Below are positions 46,881 through 59,177 of a stretch of DNA of 64,000 nucleotides, in pieces. Below the pieces are notes generated by a model, which ran no database searches, was not told where the DNA came from, and was given only the letters and a program-made list of their open reading frames with translations. The stretch comes from Tubulanus polymorphus (lineage: Eukaryota; Animalia; Nemertea), in assembly GCF_964204645.1 (NCBI RefSeq), contig NC_134028.1, positions 992,001-1,056,000 of the forward strand, written 5' to 3'. Made by a program: the position numbers and the translations under genes. Within the stretch, counting starts at the first letter, position 1; each line of letters opens with the position of its first letter.

Positions 46881-48422
46881 ATGGTTATAACAGAACCGGA
46901 ACTCCGGAATGACGGAGAACGTGGTCGACTCATCGATAGCAATGGTCGTAAACACAATAATGCGGGCGCTACTGAAGAAACGCTTGGAACACTGCGAGAT
47001 GTAACAAAAATTACCGATGATTCTAACAAAGACGATACTTCGTGTATTTTTCGCTGTCGCCGAAACCCGATAACTTTGATATCGATCGTCGCTTTAGCCT
47101 TACTGATCGACAAGATGGCTATAGCGGCTTTTTTGCTCATTTTGCCGGATTACCTACGAACGATGCCATCGAATGTCAACACTACAACCGCGGCCGGCTA
47201 CGACAATCAGTCGCAACAAATCGGTATTATCATCGCATTGTTTAATGCTGTACAGATAGCTGGTCAGATATTCGCAGGGATTTTAACTCATAGATGCGGA
47301 CACAAATGCTCGTTCATGTTGGGGGTCGTATTATCATTCGCTAGTTTATTAGTGTGCGCATTGGCCGATAGGTGGTGGATGTTGATTTTTACGAGTGTTC
47401 TATTGGGTGCTTCAGCGTGTCTCACTCATGTAGCTGGAAATTCGTACGTGGCGACAATTATCGAAGAAAAAGAACGTCGCGTTTTTGCATTTTCCATCAT
47501 TTCATACGCGAAATTACTCGGATACGGTTTTGGCTATTCATTGGCCTCGTACTTTTATCAATGGCTCGGCCGTTCAGCTCCATTCCTGTTCATGTTGTCG
47601 CTGGTAGTAATTGACGGAGTTTTGAGAATTTTCGTGTTCGTCGATGTCGATCCGGCGGATGACATCAAAACTGGCACCACCAGCAACAACAACAGCAATA
47701 CCAGCAACAGCAACAGCAGTACCAGCAGCAGCAGCAGCAGCAGCAGCAGTACCAGCAGCAGCAGCAGCAGCAATGGCAACGTCAACAGCACCACCACCAC
47801 CAGCAACTGTTGCAAATCGGCTAATTATTTCGCTGGCGTTTGTAAATCAATCCTCAGTGATCGTCAAGTTATTATCATGTTCGTCTGGCAGTTTCTAATC
47901 GCCATGTGTCTCAGTACGTATAATTCGTTCGTACCATTTTGGGCGATCAACTCGATGGGAGCCAAACAATGGGAAATAGGTACAATGATGACAATCACTT
48001 TAATCATATGCGCGTTCAGTTCTTTTATATTTGCAGTAATCGTATCCAAATTCCTCACACACCGTTGGGTTTTTATGCTCATCAATCTCATCCTAACCGG
48101 AATATCATTTATAACGTTCACATTTTGCCGCAATATCTGGCAGTCTTTAGCGCCGGATTTACTGTTACGCGTTGCTCATAGTATATTCGGAACTGTATAT
48201 GTATCATGGTTAACGGATCTGTGTCATTCGAGGTTTGACGATAATTACGAAACGATTATATCACTGAATCTAATCGTAGTTAATGTCGGAGCGGTGACAG
48301 GGTCACTAACGCCAGGGACTCTAATCATTCCGTATGTTGGTTTTGTAGTTTTATTCCGGGCGATCGGTGCAGTACTCATCTCCTATTCGTTCATGTCACT
48401 GTGTTTGAGAAATGCTGCCTAA
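46881..48422 (+). CDS. Intronless SLC18-like MFS transporter, copy 2 (513 aa)
   Basis: Near-identical to copy 1, with a different N-terminus (MVITEPELRN) and loop repeat. Confidence 0.85.
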   Translation: MVITEPELRNDGERGRLIDSNGRKHNNAGATEETLGTLRDVTKITDDSNKDDTSCIFRCRRNPITLISIVALALLIDKMAIAAFLLILPDYLRTMPSNVNTTTAAGYDNQSQQIGIIIALFNAVQIAGQIFAGILTHRCGHKCSFMLGVVLSFASLLVCALADRWWMLIFTSVLLGASACLTHVAGNSYVATIIEEKERRVFAFSIISYAKLLGYGFGYSLASYFYQWLGRSAPFLFMLSLVVIDGVLRIFVFVDVDPADDIKTGTTSNNNSNTSNSNSSTSSSSSSSSSTSSSSSSNGNVNSTTTTSNCCKSANYFAGVCKSILSDRQVIIMFVWQFLIAMCLSTYNSFVPFWAINSMGAKQWEIGTMMTITLIICAFSSFIFAVIVSKFLTHRWVFMLINLILTGISFITFTFCRNIWQSLAPDLLLRVAHSIFGTVYVSWLTDLCHSRFDDNYETIISLNLIVVNVGAVTGSLTPGTLIIPYVGFVVLFRAIGAVLISYSFMSLCLRNAA

Positions 48423-49142
48423 TTTTTCTTCTCGTTAACTTTTGGAAAATCAGGTTTAATGACAAAATGGTGAATGCTATGGTGTTATGTATGGTTTATG
48501 GTGCATGGATAGTAAGTATTTCTCTCAAGCTCAGACGTTTATATATTGCTGTATTTTCAGAAATAAAATAAATCTTGCCTCAGATCAAAATTTTGTTGCC
48601 TGTGAATTTGACCTGATGATATCTTCGTAAGCAAGCTTATGCATCTCGACAACTCGACGTTGACATTTTCCGAAACCTGGACACATTGACGACGCGCGAC
48701 CTCTCTGAATGAAGAGGAATAAACTTTAATTTGCTATGAATTCTTCCTGTGGCATGTGAGTTGTCACTCTACGCTGCCGCTTTACCGTACGCTGAAACAT
48801 TCGCTGAGCAAAAGAGTTCCACTAAAAGTGGCTTAAAACCTGATTTTAAAAAGCAGATGTACCTGAAATAAAGCCTTTTGTATTGAAAAAATTATTCATT
48901 TTACAACAAACTAGTGTTGGTGAATGAGTGAATTGACTAGGAAATGTTTCAGTATTCCTCACATGCCATAGTAGACTGACTAGGCTGGACTAGATCTAAA
49001 CCGTTCGGTGCTGCCCCTATGAATAACGATAGCGGAATTTCTATGAACTAAAATAGTAGCGCATATTTACGACGGAATATAATTTTTCCGTTTAGTAAAC
49101 AATAGGGATCACTGAGGCGCCTATTTCTAATAAACTACGATA

Positions 49143-49847
49143 CTACGATACTTCGAGCTCTCTGCTTCCTCTGGTGTCATAACCGTGGTATGTTGTATAC
49201 CTCAAAGATGGAATCTTAGAATTGGAATATGCCCAAATTATATGCACCATGCCCTGAAATATATCGATATCAATATATCAACACCAGACGGATGAAGATT
49301 AATCAGATATAATCAGAAAGAAATATTAGGAAATAAAATTGTACAGGTTTGATGGTCATATCATGGGCGTCGTCTCCTGTGTCCAGATATCGCTCGAATG
49401 TAAAATTCATGCGTCCATTTGTGGAAGATGCGTTCAGTAATTTCCAATCGGATATACGATCTTCAGTAGGTTGAGATCTTCCAGTTAAATGAGCGTCCTT
49501 GAATATAAATACAATATCTTCTATTAGTATTTATGCACAATTCGTTAGTATTTCGAGCTTTGTTTTAGTATGAGAAGGTTTAAGTTACTTACAACTAATC
49601 TTGCTTTAGTTGTATTTGTATCCATCCAACCGACTACGACATCGCTACCGGGCATGTTCCCGTCCGGAGAAATGCCGAACCCGAACCAGCCGTTAGTCGG
49701 TACAGAAACTCGAAATATTATCAAATTGTTCTTCACTGTCCAATACATGTGAACTGTATCTCGTTTGTCGAGATATTCGCTCCTCCATGCCTCGGTCACC
49801 GCGAAGGAAACTGCCAGCAGCAACGAAAATAGGTAAAATGTTCTCAT
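49143..49847 (-). CDS. Truncated monooxygenase copy 3: signal peptide plus a single DOMON domain (~172 aa, 3 exons); could be a pseudogene
   Basis: Exons 1-3 are open with intact splice sites. The reading frame crosses the duplication junction ...RGSRELE-VS-TAG (stop 49143-49145). Confidence 0.6.
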
Positions 49848-50760
49848 ATCGCCAGCGATTTGATGGATCGATATGGATCGATACTTTTGATTTAGATGAA
49901 GAAAGTTACTCTTTTCGATGCTACGTTTTTGACGTCCAGTTTTCGTGTGCGAAAAGATCATAATATGGAACGGTTTTTACAAGGCAGTCACGTGAGTCGT
50001 AGTTCAGATGACGTAATAAGTTATATTGTTCGTGAATCTAATTTTGAGTCTGATCGAAATATCGAACTTGTTTTCGTTCGTAAAACAATTCAGTGCTGGT
50101 TTTCAATTACAAATTCTGAGAATTCTTCCACTTTATTTATCAACGCAGTTCGTAACTAGTTTGATATCTTAAAGTCGAATATTCTAATATTGTTTATTGG
50201 CCGTTTTATTACATGGACCAAGAAAAAACCATAAAGATTAGCCGCTCCTAAAGAAACTTTTTCGCAATTTCAATGACACTTTCCTGTGCGCATACATCAT
50301 ACACGTCACATTGGCCGTAGGAGCGTGTGGCTAACTGGAATTAAAACCCAAAGTTTATGGCCAATATGACGTATGTGAGCTACATCAAAAATACATAAAG
50401 CGGTCCTCTCTGCCTGAGGCCAGTTTCACGAACACGTGACTGGGTGTGAGTTTTAATGACTGTCAAGTCTTCCTGTGAACGCAACCCTAAATACCTAATA
50501 GCCGAAATACAATTATCTTTCAAATGTCGTCATTTGCGTGGATTGAAGGCCGTGGGAAATGACACGTGGGGATTTAAAACGTTAAACCATCGAATTATAT
50601 TATAATTATAAATCGTATTCGACTGTGTATCTATGTTTCAGGCTGATTTATACTCAGATGTGATAAGATGTTTTATCTCTATCGACCATTTGGCCCTATT
50701 TAACGCGCAATGAACATCATAGAATTCACAAATTGGGACTAAATTCAGCCTAAATCCTAA

Positions 50761-53700
50761 ATGCTGTTCGTATTGATATCAGTCGTGCTTTCGAGCATTG
50801 TGGGAACGTCTTCACAGGTAAATAGATCACACAGTAACACTATCTTTTAACCTTTCACTTCGCAAAGCAATGAACCAGGTTCGTTAATTAATAACCGGTT
50901 CTATAATTTTGTCATAGTCGAACATGGCACAACAAACGATCTATTGAAAATTGTCATTCGATCCACTGAATGGTTACAGATATATGATATACAATCCAAA
51001 TGTTAAGTCGCAAAAAGAGAGTCCTAAAAAGATTTTTCGAAGGTTGATATCTTTTATCCCGCAACGAAAGAAATACTTACATCGCTCGGGGCTTTTAGCT
51101 TCAGTCAATAAAGTATTGAATGATAGAATTAATATACAAAAATCAGTCGTGAATTGAGAATTTCTTTTAAAATCAGCAATGATATACAGAGGTGGTAAAA
51201 AGATATGTTTAAAAGGGCAAATTGTGTCTAGCTTAAATCCCAGGAGGACCTATACCTGTTCATCCCTTCATACAGCGCCAGTGTAAAAAAAAGGTTCATG
51301 GGAAATAAATTCTGAAAATGAAACCGCTTTGTTAAGTATACGGTAGGAGGGGTAACTGTCTCTTAATCCCTTTTTTGTATATCAATGTTTCTTTCTGAAA
51401 ATTACTCATGAAAAACAAATTCGCGGTCGGAATTCAACGAGAATGACACTTGTAGCCATCTATTGGAATTTCGTGGAACTAATAGTTTAACGGTACAATT
51501 TGACGAGTCCGTAAACCGGGATGATTTCACTCAATCGCCATCTAGTAGAATAATTAAATAACTGGTAATCTTCTGAAATAATTACCCAGATGTATGGAGT
51601 TCTAAACATTGAAAATCAACCAACTGGAGACTTAACTCTCAATCATAACTGCGAAAATGGATCCAAAATTCTTCATTCAAGTCAAAACTAAATTGATTTT
51701 CATTTGTGTCTTTTTTCAGTTTTCACCTGAATTCATTGAATATAAACGTAAGTAGCTTTAAATTGTTGTAAGCGTGTGGCACTAGGTGTCGCTGTAGCCC
51801 ACTTTCAGGCTTAAGGTCCTAGTGACCCAATTAACTGATTTCTTTATTTTGGTTGCAGAGACTCATCCTGAAGAGTTTTCCGAAAAATTCGAAGGTGACA
51901 TCGAGATTGCACCGGATCAAAAAGTACGTAACATGTATACATCACGGGCCAGTTGCACAGTCAACACCATTCTAAGACCGTATTAGTTCTATAGATAATC
52001 CAAATTAAAACCACCCTTAAGATTAAAGACAATTTTTTGACTGAGTCATGAATATGCAACTGCTGCCCAGTTGCTCAAAATTTCGTTAAAGTTAAGCAGT
52101 TGACACGGTGATGATTAGGGCGCATTATAACCGTGGTATTTGTGGGAGCAAGTTCTGTCAAACGTGTTCTAACTACGATCCATCAGATTCCCTGAAATTA
52201 TGTTTTTCTTTGTAACGGAAGAATGCTGGGAAACACATCAAAAAATGGACGAAAGGAATTGTATATTATGACGTCAGTCAGTTAAGTAAGTTTCGTTATG
52301 TGACGTCACAAACGTCCTTCAAAAATAAAAATGCGTCTTTCTTAAACATTCACAAAACTGATCGTCGAAAATACTTGATTATCACTTTTTAAGTATAATA
52401 GACTCTGTGTGCTAGTGATAGCAATTCATCCTGACGAAGGGTAAGTTTTTTGGTGTGAATATTACCTGTGATATTTTGTTACAGGTTCGAGGGGTAAAAG
52501 TGCAGTGAGAAATGCGCTTCGGGATCTTCAAGTTGCTGTTCAGTCGTGTGTTCGATTCGAAGAGAGGACACATCAGAAAAACTACATCAGAGTTTACAGT
52601 GGTTCGGGGTAAATGGTTTATCTTGGTTACACAGTTATTAGTGGCAGTATTTTCATCACTGCTTCTAATTTACACTTATTGTGCACTTCCCAGATATTTA
52701 CAAAGCTCCGAAGAATGGACCTTAATGTTAACAGCGCTGACAATTTTTCTATTTATAAAAAAACCGTAATGTTGACTAGATATGAAATCTGCTTGTTGAT
52801 ATTTCGGTCAGCTTTTTCTTTCCATCTTCACGGATCGATTCAAAATTACAATTAGTTGTTCAAACGAAGATGTTAATATGATAACTAACCGCCATTTTGA
52901 ATAAACTTCTGAAGACGGAAAAAAAAATTTCTAGATAGACTTCGCAACTAATTTGGTCGTCAATTCGTATATTTGCATTTGTTCGAAGAATATCAGTGCA
53001 TTTAATTTCAAAACGACGAACTTTTTCAACAAATTCAATTAGATTTTGTCTATGAAATTAATCAAATATGTTTTTAATTATTTCATGTTGTAGATGTTCG
53101 TCGTTTGTAGGAATGATAGGTCGTGGTGCACAAGATCTGTCACTGAATGAACATGGGTGTCTCGGTATGGGAACGATTCAACATGAATTTCTACACGCTC
53201 TGGGATTTAAGCACGAACAATGTCGAAGTGACCGAGACGAGTATATAGATATTCACTGGCAGAATATCGACTCTAGTAAGAGATAGAAAAACATATATAT
53301 ATATATATATATTTGTTGGTTATCACAAGCCGGTTCCATTGTCATAGGCTTAGACTTCAGATCAGTCTAATACCATCTTAGTTCTATAACCAATCTAACA
53401 ACTTAAAATCAGGCTTAAGATTTAGCACCTCATATGCTATACCTGCTGCAGTGCTAGTAAATGTTTCTAGTTAAAATAAATGATTTCTAAAACGTTTTTC
53501 TTTTTTCTAGAAATGCAATACAATTTTAGAAAGGCTCAAACTGACAACCTCGGTTTAGGTTATGCTTACGAATCAATAATGCATTATGGCAAATATGCTT
53601 TTAGGTACAGCAAATTCTCAATTCCATCAGGTTCGAATCCCAGAAATTGAGGATGATTTTTCCTGTTTTCTATTATCTCTTTTTTTAATCCTAGCTCAAA

Positions 53701-54668
53701 CGGCAAACCGACCTTGACCCCAAAAGATCCCCGAGCTATAATCGGTAAGCGTGCACTTCACAAAAGAGATATCGCGATGGTGAGAAAACTTTACGGATGC
53801 TCCACAACTATGGGTAATTATATATATGTGAATCTGAGAGCGTTAACGCTATCGCTACGTTTTTCAACCGATCCAAATTTAGCCCGGGCATAAACTGGTG
53901 CGAACCAAACGTTTAAACTCGTTCCGAGTGGGTCCGTGTCTGTTTGGCGCCAACAAACGTTGGGAAAAAGCCCGGGTCAAACTTCAACATGAGTCAAATT
54001 ATTCCGTTAAATGCTCAGGCATCGTTTTGATAGCACTTTGAAACGAGTGAGTGATCTGCACTAATGAAGAGCGGACTAAATCTAACTCGGGCCTGGACCG
54101 GGCTAAATCATCTCCGTGTGGTCGCAGTAAACTTCTCGTTTCGGTAACAGTACACTCTTATATTTTGGTTGTAATGAAATAGAATGCGTTTGTTCAGATA
54201 TTCGTTGTTTCCATTTAAAGAAAAGGATTGTCTTTTTTTCTTTCTATAGAGAAAAATGAGTGCGATTGCGACTATTATACCGGGGGATGTCGTGTGAGTA
54301 AACCAGCTCCTAAAGGTTTGGCGTGTAGATGTGTGTATAAAGGCGCCTGGTCATGTTCTGGTGTAGTTACTCGATGTAAAGATCACGCGTCTGCTAAATG
54401 TTCTCAACCGGATAAAACGTTTGAATCTTGCCAGAACGGTGGCGGAGACTGCGAAGGTTATCCGTGTGACTGTAATTACAGACGTGGTGGTTGTTACATC
54501 AGTGTACCTCCCCTGCCAGGGTCGGCGTGTAAATGCATCTATAAGGGCGCATGGACGTGTCGCGGACATTCGATAGCGTGTAGAAACTCTGATGATGAGA
54601 AATGTAAAAATCCGGATAAATCGTACGCGACGTGTGAGCAAGGTCGTGGAGATTGCGGGGGATATTAA
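50761..54668 (+). CDS. Secreted astacin metalloprotease with two 10-Cys repeats, copy B
   Basis: Essentially identical to 38513-42420 at +12248; ATG at 50761. Confidence 0.88.
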
Positions 54669-55461
54669 ACTACAGTGCGCGGATGGACCCAGGGTCAATG
54701 AAGAAGGCGCGCCCGAACGGAAGGTGTCCATTTAAGAAATTTAGGGCCATTTCCAAGCTTTGTAGTGATTTCATTGCTTATACAGTAAGATTTCAGAACT
54801 TCTCATTAAAATGGTAAAACGTCTCAAAAAATTTAAATATTCTAATAGTTATTCTTTATATTCAATCCCGAGGTAAAGGGAATTTTAAGGGACCTCAAAA
54901 TTCTAGGTTGGTCGGGCCTGGTCTGCCACAACTGTGCACCCTGTAACATGTCCTTGTTTGTAAATGTGATCATACTTGTTTTGAGTAAAAATAAATCTGC
55001 CGCAGTGAAACCGGTTACTTATAAATCAGCTCGTGTGTCTTCCTTGCTTTTCTTTATATTGCATTCATGCGAATCTAGCTTCCTTGTGTCGTACACTGTT
55101 TCAGAATAATGTATGCCATGTTGTGTAGGTCGAAATCCTGTTTTTTCGGTTCAAAACTCATACATAGTCATGTGCTACGCATATTTTTGTAATTAAAGAG
55201 GAATTTTTATTTTGCTTTCGGCATCTCTCTCACCACGCTGACTAATTAGATTGGATTATATATCAGCAGCGCTTAAACGGTCGTTTTATCAATTGCGCAC
55301 AATCAAAGCCCAATTAAACAATCATTAAACTAAGCAGTGTATGTGCCATAACTCATCTACGAGGAGTCTCTACAACAGTTCGTTCGATGTTATCTACTCA
55401 AAAGGAATTTAAGTGAAGTTTAGGCCTCCTTTATACCCACAGTCGCTACCGAATCTCCTTT

Positions 55462-56994
55462 ATGGGTATATCAGAAGAGGATGACGGAGAACGTGGTCGA
55501 CTCATCGATAACAACGGTGGTAAACACAATAATGCGGGCGCTACCGAAGAAACGCTTGAAACACTGCAAGATGCCACAAAAATTACCGATGATTCTAACA
55601 AAGACGATACTTCGTGTATTTTTCACTGTCGCCGAAACCCGATAACTTTGATATCGATCGTCGCTTTAGCTTTACTGATCGACAAGATGGCTATAGCGGC
55701 TTTTTTGCTCATTTTGCCGGATTACCTACGAACGATGCCATCGAATGTCAACACTACAACCGCGGCCGGCTACGACAATCAGTCGCAACAAATCGGTATT
55801 ATCATCGCATTGTTTAATGCTGTACAGATAGCTGGTCAGATATTCGCTGGGATTTTAACTCATAGATGCGGACACAAATGCTCGTTCATGTTGGGGGTCG
55901 TATTATCATTCGCTAGTTTATTAGTGTGCGCATTGGCCGATAGGTGGTGGATGTTGATTTTTACGAGTGTTCTATTGGGTGCTTCAGCGTGTCTCACTCA
56001 TGTAGCTGGAAATTCGTACGTGGCGACAATTATCGAAGAAAAAGAACGTCGCGTTTTTGCATTTTCCATCATTTCATACGCGAAATTACTCGGCCATGGC
56101 TTGGGATATTCGTTAGCCTCATACTTGTATCAATGGCTCGGCCGTTCAGCTCCATTCCTGTTCATGTTGTCGCTGGTAGTAATTGACGGAGTTTTGAGAA
56201 TTTTCGTGTTCGTCGACGTCGATCCGGCGGATGACATTAAAACTAGCACCACCAGCAACAGCAACAACAGTACCAGCAACAGCAACAGCAGTACCAGCAA
56301 CAGCAACAACAACGGCAACAGCAGTACCAGCAGCAGCAGCAGCAATGGCAACGTCAACAGCACCACCACCACCAGCAACTGTTGCAAATCGGCTAATTAT
56401 TTCGCTGGCGTTTGTAAATCAATCCTCAGTGATCGTCAAGTTATTATCATGTTCGTCTGGCAGTTTCTAATCGCCATGTGTCTCAGTACGTATAATTCGT
56501 TCGTACCATTTTGGGCGATCAACTCGATGGGAGCCAAACAATGGGAAATAGGTACAATGATGACAATCACTTTAATCATATGCGCGTTCAGTTCTTTTAT
56601 ATTTGCAGTAATTGTATCCAAATTCCTCACAAACCGTTGGGTTTTTATGCTCATCAATCTCATCCTAACCGGAATATCATTTATAACGTTCACATTTTGC
56701 CGCAATATCTGGCAGTCCTTAGCGCCGGATTTACTGTTACGCGTTGCTCATAGTATATTCGGAACTGTATATGTATCATGGTTAACGGATCTGTGTCATT
56801 CGAGGTTTGACGATAATTACGAAACGATTATATCGCTGAATCTAATCATAGTTAACGCCGGAGCGGTGACAGGGTCACTAACGCCAGGGACTCTTATCAT
56901 TCCGTATGTTGGTTTTGTAGTTTTATTCCGGGCGATCGGTGCAGTACTCATCTCCTATTCGTTCATGTCACTGTGTTTGAGAAATGCTGCCTAA
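55462..56994 (+). CDS. Intronless SLC18-like MFS transporter, copy 3 (510 aa)
   Basis: Copy-1-type N-terminus; open 510-codon frame. Confidence 0.85.
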   Translation: MGISEEDDGERGRLIDNNGGKHNNAGATEETLETLQDATKITDDSNKDDTSCIFHCRRNPITLISIVALALLIDKMAIAAFLLILPDYLRTMPSNVNTTTAAGYDNQSQQIGIIIALFNAVQIAGQIFAGILTHRCGHKCSFMLGVVLSFASLLVCALADRWWMLIFTSVLLGASACLTHVAGNSYVATIIEEKERRVFAFSIISYAKLLGHGLGYSLASYLYQWLGRSAPFLFMLSLVVIDGVLRIFVFVDVDPADDIKTSTTSNSNNSTSNSNSSTSNSNNNGNSSTSSSSSNGNVNSTTTTSNCCKSANYFAGVCKSILSDRQVIIMFVWQFLIAMCLSTYNSFVPFWAINSMGAKQWEIGTMMTITLIICAFSSFIFAVIVSKFLTNRWVFMLINLILTGISFITFTFCRNIWQSLAPDLLLRVAHSIFGTVYVSWLTDLCHSRFDDNYETIISLNLIIVNAGAVTGSLTPGTLIIPYVGFVVLFRAIGAVLISYSFMSLCLRNAA

Positions 56995-59057
56995 TTTTTC
57001 TTCTCGTTAACTTTTGGAAAATCAGGTTTAATGACAAAATGGTGAATGCTATGGTGTTATGTATGGTTTATGGTGCATGGATAGTAAGTATTTCTCTCAA
57101 GCTCAGACGTTTATATATTGCTGTATTTTCAGAAATAAAATAAATCTTGCCTCAGATCAAAATTTTGTTGCCTGTGAATTTTACCTGATGATATCTTCGT
57201 AAGCAAGCTTATGCATCTCGACAACTCGACGTTGACATTTTCCGAAACCTGGACACATTGACGACGCACGACCTCTCTGAATGAAGAGGAATAAACTTTA
57301 ATTTCCTATGAATTCTTCCTGTGGCATGTGAGTTGTCACTCTACGCTGCCGCTTTACCGTACGCTGAAACATTCGCTGAGCAAAAGAGTTCCACTAAAAG
57401 TGGCTTGAAACCTGATTTTAAAAAGCAGATGTACCTGAAATAAAGCCTTTTGTATTGAAAAAATTATTCATTTTACAACAAACTAGTGTTGGTGAATGAG
57501 TGAATTGACTAGGAAATGTTTCAGTATTCCTCACATGCCATAGTAGACTGACTAGGCTGGACTAGATCTAAACCGTTCGGTGCTGCCCCTATGAATAACG
57601 ATAGCGGAATTTCTGTGAACTAAAATAGTAGCGCATATTTACGACGGAATATAATTTTTCCGTTTAGTAAACAATAGGGATCACTGAGGCGCCTATTTCT
57701 AATAAACTACGATACTATGAATTAGTCCTAAATTTTTAATGCTTTTCCCACCTTATTTGGGGTACGGTAACTATAATATATTTTATTAGCAAAAATTATC
57801 TTGGTCAAATCAATTACACTTACGTTACATAATTACATCAATATTACATGATTACATGTATTTGTACACATGCAAAGAGAATGAATTATTCACTAACATC
57901 TTAACAAACATAAAAAACATTTGGTAAATATCCACCTTTTTCCTTCCAAAATCCCTCGTTCTCCCAATACAAATTTACTTAGAACTAATTTACTAATTCT
58001 ATTATAGTCAAATTGCCAGTTGTGTTCTCGATAACCAACCTACATATCATACCTGTCCACTACGGCCGGCTGTCGAAAGACTCTGGCGAGCGAGTATTAT
58101 TTTAGTTCACGTTTCCCCCGCTATCGTTATACATAGGGGCAGCACTAGACGGCAAGATCACTATTTCTACTGCGGCGGGCTTCTGTTGTTTTAATATCCC
58201 GGAACCATTGAACGCTGTTGCTTTACTGAATGAAATAATTCTCTCAATTGATAAACACTCTGAACGCTCTGATTACTTTGTTTAGAAAATATTCAGTTCG
58301 TAGGTATAGAGGAGGGAATTTCTAAGGTACCTAAAAAATTCGGACGGCCCATGGAACCGGCCTCGCGTGGCATCTCCTTGTTTGTTAAATGGGATTATAC
58401 CGGTTTTGAGCGATGATAAATCTACTGCAGTTAAAATGTCTACAACTTGTCTCATTTTCATATCATTCTTCATTGGCGCGCAGAAAATTGTATCTATACA
58501 AGTCTGGTATAATTTCAATGATTTAATGCATAATTCTGCTGATTATCAATGTGTGTGTCTATAAGCGATGTTGTTTGGTCCGGGGTCGCGTCAGTATATA
58601 TGCTGCCTATCGGAATAAACACTCGAGGGTCGTGAATGTTATGGAATTATTTTTTCAGACATTTCTGTCACTACACTGAGACTAATGCATCAACGTATTC
58701 CGCTTCGAGAAACTCTAATTAGATTATATATTAGCAGCGCTTTAAAGTTCGTTTGATCAATTACGCACAATCAAAGCCCGATTAAACTATCATTAAACAA
58801 TCCGAGCTTTCTAATCTACGAGCATCACATTACCATAACTATATCAGACAAGCAGGTGTTCTGTGAAATCAAATACCAATATGTGTGCAGTGTACATGGT
58901 AGATCTGGGTGGTTATGTTTAAAGCCATTTTGACACTGTAATTGGAATTGAATATAGTGTTATATCTGCGCTCATTATATTTACTTTATATGGGTCAATA
59001 AACTAAACTGTAAACTATAAACTCATCTGCGTGGAGTCTGTACAACAGTTCGTTCGA

Positions 59058-59120
59058 TCCGGATCTACTCTAACGGAGTCCGGATCTACTCTAACGGAGT
59101 CCGGATCTACTCTAACGGAG
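59058..59120. repeat. 21-bp tandem repeat x3 upstream of transporter copy 4
   Basis: TCCGGATCTACTCTAACGGAG three times; a single unit at the paralogous site ~46803. Confidence 0.92.
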
Positions 59121-59177
59121 GAATTTACGTGGAGTTTAGGCCTCCTTTATACCCGCCGCCGCTACTGAATTTCAGTT

